From Penicillus capitatus (taxonomy: Eukaryota; Plantae; Chlorophyta): a DNA stretch of 64,000 nucleotides. The notes beneath the pieces were generated by a model. That model had not been told where the DNA came from. It saw only the letters and a program-made list of their open reading frames with translations, and searched no databases. The stretch lies in assembly GCA_965649825.1 (NCBI GenBank), contig OZ287694.1, positions 2,135,292 to 2,199,291 on the forward strand, given 5' to 3'. A program made the translations under genes and the position numbers. Positions 35,601-45,880 of the stretch are shown piece by piece. The first letter of the stretch is position 1. Each line of letters begins with the position of its first letter.

Positions 35601-37669
35601 AGAGTCCGGTGTCAACGCTGCGAGACTGTCTGGAATTCACGACGCATATCCAGCCGGTGCCGATCGATGAGGTCGAGTCGATTGCTTCGATCATGAGGCG
35701 TTTCTGCACGGGCGGTATGTCACTGGGTGCCATTTCCCGTGAGACCCACGAGACAATCGCCATCGCGATGAACCGCATCGGCGGCAAATCCAATTCGGGA
35801 GAGGGCGGAGAGGATCCCGTCCGGTGGAAGATTTTGAAAGATACAGAGAACGGCGGCTCTGATCTGTTGCCGCACTTGAACGGACTGCAGGATGGAGATA
35901 CGGCGACGTCTGCTATCAAACAAGTGGCATCCGGTCGCTTCGGCGTGACGCCTCAGTTTCTGGTCAATGCAGATCAGCTGGAGATCAAGATCGCCCAGGG
36001 GGCAAAGCCTGGAGAGGGAGGACAGTTGCCAGGCAAGAAAGTCTCTCCCTACATCGCCAATCTGCGTCGATCCAAGCCAGGCGTGCCGCTCATTTCGCCG
36101 CCACCTCATCACGATATCTACTCGATCGAAGACCTGGCGCAGCTCATCTACGACTTGCATATGGTCAATGCCCGTGCCAAGGTTTCGGTGAAGCTTGTCG
36201 CTGAGGCTGGTATCGGAACGGTCTCCTGTGGAGTGGCCAAGGCGAATGCAGACGTCATTCAGGTGTCTGGCCACGATGGCGGCACAGGCGCATCACCTAT
36301 TAGCTCGATTAAACACGCAGGGGGTCCCGTGGAGATGGGTCTGGCAGAGGTGCATCAGAGCTTAGCCGCCAGCGAGCTGCGCGATCGTGTGGTCTTGCGT
36401 GTGGATGGGGGTATCCGTACGGGGAGAGACGTGTTGATGATGGCGGCGATGGGCGCCGATGAATACGGGTTCGGAACGGTGGCCATGATCGCGACCGGCT
36501 GTATTATGGCCCGAGTGTGTCACACGAACAACTGCCCCGTCGGCGTGGCGACGCAGCGAGAAGATCTGAGAGCGCGTTTTCCTGGAGTGCCAGCCGACCT
36601 GGTGAACTTCTTCGAGTTCGTGGCCGAGGAGGTTCGGGCAGGTCTGGCGTCGTTGGGGCTGAGATCGCTGGACGAGCTGATCGGCAGGACAGAATTTATC
36701 CGACAGAGAGATGTCAGTTTGGCCAAGACCACCCATCTTGATCTCTCATTCTTAACCAAAGACGCCGGCGCCGTCGGCCGTTCGTCTGAGAGAATCGCCC
36801 AGCCGACGCACAGCAACGGCGTCGATTTGCTGGACGATCGTATTCTGGACAATCCCGATGTGCAGAACTGCATCCAGAACCAGACAAAGTGTGAGAAGGA
36901 GTATGAGATTGTGAATACGGATCGAGCTGCGCTGGGTCGTGTCGGCGGCGCCATTTCGAAACGTTATGGCGACGACGGCTTCGAAGGCACCCTGTCGTTG
37001 CGTCTCTTTGGCTCGGCGGGACAGTCCTTTGGCTGTTTTATTGTCTCAGGGATGAAGATTCGTCTGGAGGGCGAGGCCAATGACTACGTGGGCAAGGGTA
37101 TGGCTGGCGGCGAGATGACGATCGTTCCGCCGCCACAGCTGCCCATCAAACCCGAGAAGGCATCGATTGTGGGCAATACCTGTCTCTACGGCGCCACTGG
37201 CGGAACGCTCTTCGTTAACGGCCGCGCCGGCGAGCGCTTTGCCGTTCGCAATTCCCGTGCCGATGCCGTGGTGGAAGGCACCGGAGATCATTGCTGTGAG
37301 TACATGACTGGCGGCTGTGTCGTCGTTTTGGGAACGGTTGGGCGCAACGTTGCTGCGGGGATGACAGGGGGACTGGGGTACTTCTACGATGAGATCGGGG
37401 ATTTCCCCGACAAAGTCAACAGCGAGATCGTGGCGATGCAACGTGTGGTGACCGATGCCGGAGAGCAGCAGCTCCGGACATTGCTGGAGGCGCACGTGGC
37501 CGAGACGAACTCTTCCAAAGGCAAACGGCTTTTGGCAGATTGGGATCAGGAGCTCAAAAAATTCTGGCAACTGGTGCCGCCGTCCGAGACGTCCACGCCG
37601 CAGGCCAACGCCGTCGTCGAGGGCAACGTCGTCTCCCAAGACGCATCCCGACCCCTCGTGCGTCCCTGA
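32651..37669 (+). CDS. GLU1: Ferredoxin-dependent glutamate synthase (Fd-GOGAT) precursor, multi-exon
   Basis: [12 protein letters not shown]-terminal nucleophile, [58 protein letters not shown] [3Fe-4S], GxGxxG C-terminal domain. Confidence 0.97.
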
Positions 37670-37818
37670 AGAGAAGATGTATCAGAGGCCTTTCTCTTTT
37701 GACGGCCCCTCCTGCCGATCCAGGCGATGGGCGATTTTTTTTGTCGGATCCTAAATTCTTGTGAGGATACAGAAAATGCATTTTTGAAAATCGAGTGTTC
37801 GTGCCAAAGACGTCGCCG

Positions 37819-38629
37819 TCAGGGTCCGTGATCGCGTGGCATAGCGGAGCCGGACATCGTCGTGGGTGCCGTTTTCAAGCTAGACGTCTCGAACTGCACT
37901 TGCTTGAAGGGCAGCGGCGTCTTGTCCGTCAGCGCCTTCAGATCCGCTGTCCTTTCAACGTCCCATCAACACAAGTGTGATCATGATGTGACAGGTGTGA
38001 CCTTCTAAGATGCGCCGTGGTAGACGACCGACGGCGGTGCCCTGGACGCTCTGTGAGGCATCGAGGAAGACAAAGTGTGGAATGCCGTCCACACCGTACT
38101 GCAGCATCTCGGGGGCCCATTTGCCGTTCTCGACGTTGAGAGCGACGTAATTGATCTGATCTCGAAAGGCCTCTTCGATCTCGACCGTATCTGGCAACAT
38201 CTCTCGGCACACCTCACACCTATACCATCATCATTAGCGTCATCCAATGCGATGCGATCGACTTTCATACCAGTTGGCGTAGAATTCGACGACGGTCGGT
38301 TTGCCGTTGCTCTGTGCTAGGTCGTAGGGGACGGCCTGTGCTTCGAGATCGGAGAAGGTCGGTCCGCCAGTCAACACACGCGTGAAGAGAAAGAGACCGA
38401 CGCCGAGTCCGACAGCGCCGCTGGCGAGGAGTCCATTCGGTGGACGGTCGTCGGGCTGCACGGATTCTTGGGTCAGTTGCGGCGGCGGTGGCGGCGCGAG
38501 GGTCGTCGGGTCGACCGCGTCATCCTCAGCGATACAACGCCGACGCCAACGATGGGAGGCAATTCGCTGCGGCTGCGTCCGCGTGCTTGCGCTAAGCGTG
38601 CAGAAGGGTCGCCTCAGCGCAAACGTCAT
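37819..38629 (-). CDS. HCF164: Thylakoid thioredoxin-like protein HCF164, 3 exons
   Basis: [14 protein letters not shown]|[45 protein letters not shown]-terminal PRDHG. Confidence 0.9.
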
Positions 38630-38702
38630 AGGACAGTCGTGGGCCGAAGGTCACAGAATCGTTCAGGATCGAGGCAATAAGGACAAAAAAATCGATCGGT
38701 GT

Positions 38703-38773
38703 TGCGTCGACCGGGAATCGAACCCGGGTTACCACCGTGGCAGGGTGAAGTCATACCCCTAGACCATCGACGC
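38703..38773 (-). tRNA. tRNA-Gly (GCC)
   Basis: Reverse complement GCGTCGATGGTCTAGGGGTATGACTTCACCCTGCCACGGTGGTAACCCGGGTTCGATTCCCGGTCGACGCA. 7-bp acceptor stem, anticodon loop CTGCCAC, T-loop TTCGATT, T6 Pol III terminator ~12 nt downstream. Confidence 0.95.
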
Positions 38774-38933
38774 GACGACTGTCCAGCGACGAAGATGGAA
38801 GAGATGGCCGAATGGCGTCCATGATGTGACGTGGTCGTCGTCTGAGCTGCCGTTGCGATTGTTGCGTCTTTGTTGTCTATTCCTCGCGTCGCGTTACTTT
38901 GCCGCCACCCGTCGTTTCCAAACAGTCAGCGTC

Positions 38934-40328
38934 ATGGCACGGCGTTTTCCCAAGGCGGTGCGGGATGAAGAGGCACTCGTCAGCGAAGCTCGCGTATACA
39001 ACGATATCAACGTCAACAGACCGACTGAGTACTCGGACTACGAAAACGCCGAACCTCAATGGGGGTAAGTGGGTCGGTCGCATCGGACGGCCCATATCCA
39101 AACGTCACATCACGCGTGTAGCTCCTTGGACGGCTACTTCATTTCGTGCCGCATTGGCCAAGGGCGCTATGGCGAAGTCTATGAGGGATATGATAAGTCC
39201 CGTCGCCTCTGTATCATCAAACTCCTGAAACCGGTCAAACTCAAAAAGGCACGGCACCCAGTTGTCTGCCAGTCAAAGTGTGACCGGACGTTTGGTTGGA
39301 GGATTAGATCCGTCGGGAGATTAAGGTCTTGCAGAATCTGCAAGGAGGTCCCAACATCGTCGGCCTCCACGATGTGGTGTGCGATCCGGAGACACGGACA
39401 CCCATTCTGATCATGGAGCATTTAACGAATTTTGATCATCGTTTCCTCTATCCACGTCTGACGGATTGGGAAGTGCGATATTACATGTTCCAACTACTCA
39501 AGGCGCTGGACTACTGCCACTCGCAAGGCATCATGCATCGTGATGTGAAGCCACATAACATCGTCATTGACCACGATCGTCGCGAACTGAGACTCATCGA
39601 CTGGGGTCTAGCAGAATTTTATTTCCCAGGTCGTGTGGCGGCGCGAGACGTGGCGGCGCGAGACGTCACATCAAGGAGAGGTGTGAGATGTGACGTGTAG
39701 GGAAAGAATATAATGTACGTGTGGCATCGCGCCATTTCAAAGGACCGGAGCTTCTGGTGGATCTCATGGACTACGATTACGCATTGGATCTCTGGGGCGT
39801 CGGATGCATCTTGGCCGGTAGTGCTGTCGGAAGTGTGAGATGTCTGACGGAATGTGTGCGAATCGTCCTAGGTATTATCTTCCGCAAAGATCCATTTTTT
39901 AACGGCGTCGACAATGTGGATCAGCTTGTCAAAATCGCCAAGGTGCGGTCACACATCGGCCGCCCTAAAAGAGTGAGAAACGTCGACGTAGGTCATGGGC
40001 ACGGATGAACTCTATGTCTATCTGCTGAAGTACGGGATCACACTGGACGCTGAATTTCGTAAAGTACTGGGACGCCGAAAGCGCCGCCCGTGGTCCAAGT
40101 TCGTCACCGAAAGAAACGAACACCTCGTCAGCGAAGAATCGATCGACCTCGTTGATAAACTCCTGAAATATGATCATCAAGAACGACTGACAGCCAAAGA
40201 AGCTATGGCCCATTCGTACTTTGACACTGTACGTACACACCCTCCTACCTTCCTTGGCTGGACGCCCCTGTCGTGTTGTGTGACCGCTGATGTGACAGGT
40301 TCGTATCTTTGAAGCATCAAAGTCCTGA
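38934..40328 (+). CDS. Casein kinase II alpha subunit (somewhat divergent), multi-exon
   Basis: [30 protein letters not shown]|[63 protein letters not shown]. Confidence 0.95.
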
Positions 40329-41303
40329 GGGGAAGCTGTATGTACGTGCGGTTGAAGATAGGCGTGTGCAGAATAAGACGTATGGCCATCTGTTCTTTTT
40401 GTGTTGTATGAACACATCACGAGTAACGACTTCTGAAGTTCTTTCACTAAAGAGAGAAACACTCGCTTCTGTTCATATCTATCGAGATCACACGACGAAG
40501 TACCCACCACCCAGCACCACCACAATCACTAGCCCTTAATTGTCCACATTCCATGGATTGCTCGATCACGCATCAGGATGATGATACATCATCACGACGA
40601 TTCGATCGTACAGCGATCGATCGATCGATCGATCGATTCGGGGAACATACAGAAGTTTTTTTTTCGCGCTTTGCTCATAAAGTGCTGTGCAATTCGGGGG
40701 ATACGATGAAATTTACGTCTTATTAGAGAAACATCATCCTGGTATAGGACTGCGTCGAACAGGATGCGATGGGGATGGGTCGTCATCGTTGAAAAATGAA
40801 GAAGACCGTTTGGTCGGTCAGTCGGTCGGTCGGTATCATCCACAATCAAATCTTATCCGTCCTGGATGACATTTCTGAGGGCGCTCTCGACCGGAGAGGG
40901 AGATCCATCCACTCAGATCTTGAAAAATTCAAACAAACAAAGAAGAAGGGATTCTCAATTGACATCAACCGCCGATCGATCATCACCCCCAAAATAGACT
41001 TGAATATGTGTTCAGCGTTTCTGTGTGCCCACCAGCGCGACAGTACATGCGTCTTCTCAATGCGGCGGCGCATCATCGGACCAAAACTACAATTGAGATG
41101 TCTTTATATTAATGAACGGACAGATAGGCAGATAGGCAGATGGAAAAGAGGCATCGGAAATAAAAGCAAAGAACCGCCCGCGATCTTCAGGTATGCAAAG
41201 ACGGACCTGATCTTGCCGTTTGGTATAGAATGATGAAAAATCACACAGACAGGTCGTCATCGTTGTTGCTGTTGGTCATGCTGTGCGTCGTGATGTGACG
41301 TCT

Positions 41304-42716
41304 TCATCCGCTCGTCTTGGCCAACGGCAATTCGAACATCTGTGAACTCCACCGGATCACCGTATCCCGTAGCCGACTCAGCAGCACATCGTGACGGTCC
41401 ATCCGCGTCGTTCCTTTGGCTGTTAGTAGCCAGTTCTGTAGTTTGCTGAGGCTCTCCATAAGACGATAGCAATCTTCGCGGCAGTAGACGGAGTGTTCCA
41501 CTTCCAGACCCACAAGTTTGTGTATCAGCTTCAGGAACCATTTTTCAGCTGAGTGGGCAAAACGCTGCCCGAGGGCGAGAATGTAATTCGGATCAAATCG
41601 CGTGGCGGCGGCGTCGGAGGCGAGACACGATGGAATGGCAGACAGGGATTTTTTTCCGCTTCGCTCTTCGCTCGAGCGACTCCGCTGATGCGCCCGAACT
41701 GGCAGCGGCGCGTCTCTCGATGCTCTCGGCGGCGACGATGGCCTCGACGGGACTTTCTTCTCCGATGTTCGCGAGAACGGCTGGCGGCGGACGATCTTGG
41801 ATCGTCGTATCGGCGCCGTCTCCGGATACTCGGTCTGCAGATTCTTGTACAGATCGATATACTTGTCGATTCCCACGTCCCAATCGGACCCGTGTGTATC
41901 CATGAGGCCCTTCAGGTGATCAAACTCGGCGGCGAAGCCAAGAACCTTCTCCGCTTCGATCACCTCTTCCAACGCCTGCTTGGCGCATTCGACGGCCTTC
42001 TCCCAGCGATCGTACGCCGCCCGCTGCACTTCTATGATACAGGCTTCCTCTTCGTCCACGTGTGCGGCCTCTTCGGGCGCCGGCAGGCGGCGGAAGGTGG
42101 CGCATTTGGCGTCCAGTACACGGATGGTCTTGCCGTAGTCTTCGGATCGAGATTTGAGGACCCGTTGTCTGGCGCGCGATGTCGAGAGGAGTTTCTTCAC
42201 GTCGTGCTTCACCTGCGACGTTCTCTTCGATTTCACCGTTGCCGAATCGGGCGCTCCCCTCACACGTGATCGTATCCCCGTTAACCGGCCATTGCTCTCA
42301 TGCGTCGTCGTCGTTGTCGTCGCTGTCCATCCACGACGTGAACCACGAAGGTCACTCTTTTCGGTCACACTCTTTTTGTTCCGTTTGCTTCGTGGTTGAT
42401 TATTGCGTCGTCTGGAGAGAGAGGATACGATTTTGGTATCGGGCTTCTGACGGCAGAAATCTTTTGTCGGGAATTCCCACGCGATGCTGGGCGTCTCGCA
42501 TTTGCGTGGCGGGTCAGCGAGGGGCTCCTGTCCCACAGACGACGGCGACATCGGCTGCTCGTCGACGGAGTTCACTTCGGAAACGATGCTTAAGTCTCGA
42601 CCCGACGACATAAGGGCGTCGCGGACGGAAACGGACGTCGCTTGACCCCAAGTGCGACGCGAACGACGCGGTGTTGGTTCAAAACCCATTTCGCAGACTG
42701 CATAGCACGAACGCAT
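41304..42716 (-). CDS. Hypothetical protein, intronless, disordered plus coiled-coil
   Basis: ~470-codon open frame from ATG 42716. No family recognised. Confidence 0.55.
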   Translation of the reverse strand: MRSCYAVCEMGFEPTPRRSRRTWGQATSVSVRDALMSSGRDLSIVSEVNSVDEQPMSPSSVGQEPLADPPRKCETPSIAWEFPTKDFCRQKPDTKIVSSLSRRRNNQPRSKRNKKSVTEKSDLRGSRRGWTATTTTTTHESNGRLTGIRSRVRGAPDSATVKSKRTSQVKHDVKKLLSTSRARQRVLKSRSEDYGKTIRVLDAKCATFRRLPAPEEAAHVDEEEACIIEVQRAAYDRWEKAVECAKQALEEVIEAEKVLGFAAEFDHLKGLMDTHGSDWDVGIDKYIDLYKNLQTEYPETAPIRRSKIVRRQPFSRTSEKKVPSRPSSPPRASRDAPLPVRAHQRSRSSEERSGKKSLSAIPSCLASDAAATRFDPNYILALGQRFAHSAEKWFLKLIHKLVGLEVEHSVYCREDCYRLMESLSKLQNWLLTAKGTTRMDRHDVLLSRLRDTVIRWSSQMFELPLAKTSG

Positions 42717-43148
42717 AGAAGCGGCCGCGTTTACGACGGAAAATGAGTGTACCGACTTCGACCTATGCGCTTCACGAAGGAGAGATTTTGTTGTCGTTTG
42801 AACGCGTGGCACTTTGCGATGATACGGCTTTGCGGTTGTCGACCTTCACGTCCTCCACTCAGGATAGCGAATGCGACACGCGGGTACAGTTGTAGATATG
42901 ACGTTGTACCCACCACACGCAGCGCTAGAGGCGGGACGACTATGACGTGGATGGATCAAACGGTACGCGACGCTCGTGGACGGCACCTCTCGACGAGGCC
43001 TTGCGAAAGCAGACAGGGTTTGTCGCGTCGACGTGGCGGCGGCGGTGGCGGCGGACCCGTGGCAAAAGACGAAACAAGCCGTACATAGCTGTCGCGACAA
43101 AACGGTTGAGCACTGATAAGGATCTATCTATGGTCCACTGCTTGTGTT

Positions 43149-45635
43149 CTAGTAGATCCTGGAGATGAGTCTTTCGGCCGGCTTTCGACAGATGGGGCAA
43201 CGTCTCGGTAGTTTTGCGTAGATCTGCCTGGCGCACTCTTCACAGGCGCAGATATGGACCCTACACACAAACAGCCACGCATCAAGGCCACACGTCTGAG
43301 GCGTCGCTAGCAGGCAGCCTACGTTTCGCCGTGGCAGAAGCCCGAAGTCTGAGGCTTCTCCAGACAGACAATGCACGGGATGCTTCGGTTAATGAACTAC
43401 AGACAGAGCAAAGCGTGAGAAACGTCACATCATAGCCGCCAGAGGACGACATCTTCATTAGGTGCCGCGGTATCGCTGTTCTCCGACGCCTCGTTCGGTG
43501 CGGCGTTTTTCGTTCGAAGGGCTTGGATGTCTTGCAGCACGCTCTCGCTCGAGACTTCTTCGTTTTCCCCCTTCGGTCGGACGATCATGACATTGCCAGA
43601 TGTCAACCCACTCTACATCACACCGATTGCCCTCACGCGATCCGTCACATCACCGCCCGTCACATCTTTCATCGTTTTCTGAAAGGCCGTGATCTCTCGG
43701 ATCTGTTTGGAATGATCCTCCACAAAGAAGAGACACTCCGTCATACACAGCCGATCATCCAAGTGGCAGATGTCGTCGTAGCAGATAAAACAAAGCTTCG
43801 ATTCCCGACTGACCAGCACGCTTCCGATGTACTCGATCTTCTTCTTTGCGGGATCCAGCAGGACACAGAAGAGAATCGCTGCGTGATTGTGTAGCGGCGG
43901 CAGAGATCTGCCCGAATCCTGTTCTAAATAAAGAGTGAGAGTGAAATAATCATCGCGTTCTCTGTAGACACAGAGATCGCCAAGCTGAAAGTCCAATCTG
44001 GACAAATTGGCCAAACAGGCCGCTCCAGCAAAAATACCGTCCTTCTCTACGGCGCAGAGCCACGCTCGGGTGCGCGTTGCATCGAAACCCGAATCGTTTA
44101 GAATCTATAAAAAAGTGTGAGATGTGTGAGAGCTGGGGTAAAGGACACGCCTGTTGCTCGAGGGTCTTGACCGACTCCTGCATCGACATCGTGTACATTC
44201 GCGTCCGCATGATCCTCAGGATGTCGGCGGCGCCGTCTCTCTTCAGTCGCTCTTTGATCCATCGATCCGTGATCACCTCGATCGACACGCGATAGGCCTC
44301 AAAGGCGAACATCCGGGCGATGAACTCGGGCTTCGATTTTGGCAGAGAAAGACGAAATCCAATCGTCAACCATCCATTCTTCTGATAGTCTGCCCTCTCC
44401 AATCGATCAAAGGAGAACGGCAGGTACAAGCTCTGAAGGCAGTAATGCTTGAGGTGACCTTTCCAGCCTAGAGTCCACACGCGTGTGGTTTCGATGCCAG
44501 CCAAGGGGATGGATGCATCACGGGCACCAGGAGGAAGGTATCACTCCTGCTCGGCGGCGCCATCCCCCGAGAAAAAGCCGAAAGCGTGCGACGGCGAGCT
44601 TACTCTTGAGCACACTCTTCTCCGGGATGTTACTGTTGAAGGCAATGGCGCCGATCTCTGCGTAAACGGGCTCCGATTCGGACGTGAAGCACAGATCGAG
44701 TGTCAAATCATGTCCTGTCCTCTCCAGCAATCGAAGATCCCTAACCAACGACACCTTCACGCGATCGACCGAGCAGCGATCCCGTACCAGAGCTTGCCAT
44801 TGAAGGTGAACATCCGTGAGAGCGCCAGGGCGCTGCAGAGCCAGTAGAGCTTCTTGAGCCGCCACTGTGGCAGAGGCATAAAGGTATCGGTAAGGAAGCG
44901 ACGGGGAAGTTACGGTGCAGTAGGCCACGGGGCCGTTGCGACAGATGACGAACTGTTCGTTACGTGTCGATCGCAATCGCATATCAAATCGGAAAGTCAG
45001 GCATCCATACTGCAGACACTGATATTCGCCCTGATCGTCGGTCAGGTCACTCTTCTGAAAAGACCCATCGTACTGGCAGCCCTGTTCCAGATGCAGCGAC
45101 CCTTCTGGCAAGACCACATCCATCTCCCAAGGCAGCACGGGGTGGGAGCCCTCTTACCGTCCCGTACAGGATGATGCGTTTTCGATAGAAGAGTGACCGT
45201 CCAGCAGCATCGAGGCGTCGGTAGTGGCACGTAATCACGGAGAGCGAGCGAGGCGACCAGGTTGCCGTTTCGTGTCAGTCGAGCACGGGCAAACCTGGAC
45301 CGTTGGCAGATGCGATGGTCTTGGGTGGCTGGACAGGGAGGGATGTACCATGTGTAGCCGAGGAATGGAAAATCGGATGTCATGAACGCCGCCTCCGGTC
45401 GCTTCATCAATTCCTCGTCGATGTGCAACTGGCTCCACGCACGTGCATCGATATCTCCACGCGGTTAAGGGGCGCATCTCACTTCGCAGTAGCCCTGTGG
45501 GACATCGTCTTCCCACGTTCGGACTTTGTACGCCACGCCGTTCCACGTTCCGGGCTCTGAAGGCAGCGAGGCGGGAGTGAAGAAGGCAAGGGTGGATGGC
45601 TCACGTTCCGAACTCGTGATGGCAGCGACGGCCAT
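43149..45635 (-). CDS. Putative E3 ligase: MATH/TRAF-like segments and C-terminal RING finger, multi-exon
   Basis: C-terminal HICACEECARQIYAKLPRRCPICRK (IAP-type RING). Upstream exons SDFPFLGYTW, FTLTLYLEQ and WTLGWKGHL...GWLTIGFRL resemble MATH strands. Exon joins only partly resolved. Confidence 0.45.
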
Positions 45636-45880
45636 GTTGTCGATGGCGGCGAGAATTCGGAGCGGTGGTGGGGGCGGTGCCACGCGAGGGTCTGTCGCTG
45701 GTTTCCGTGGCGTTCTCAGAATCGCGTTATCCGAAATCCGCCCGCGAATTTCAGTCCTGGACGAATATCGAAGGCGACCGTTGATTCGGACGCAACGGCC
45801 GTGATGCGAATGTCGACGACGACGACGACCATGCCACCGCACCCTTCGACCGACCAGCCAAGACCACCACCCATTGCGGT

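Noticed and set aside
40592-41233. Short ORFs and (GATC)n / (GGTC)n runs between CK2 and the orphan ORF
   Set aside because: Low-complexity intergenic/UTR sequence with simple microsatellites and no recognisable protein motifs.
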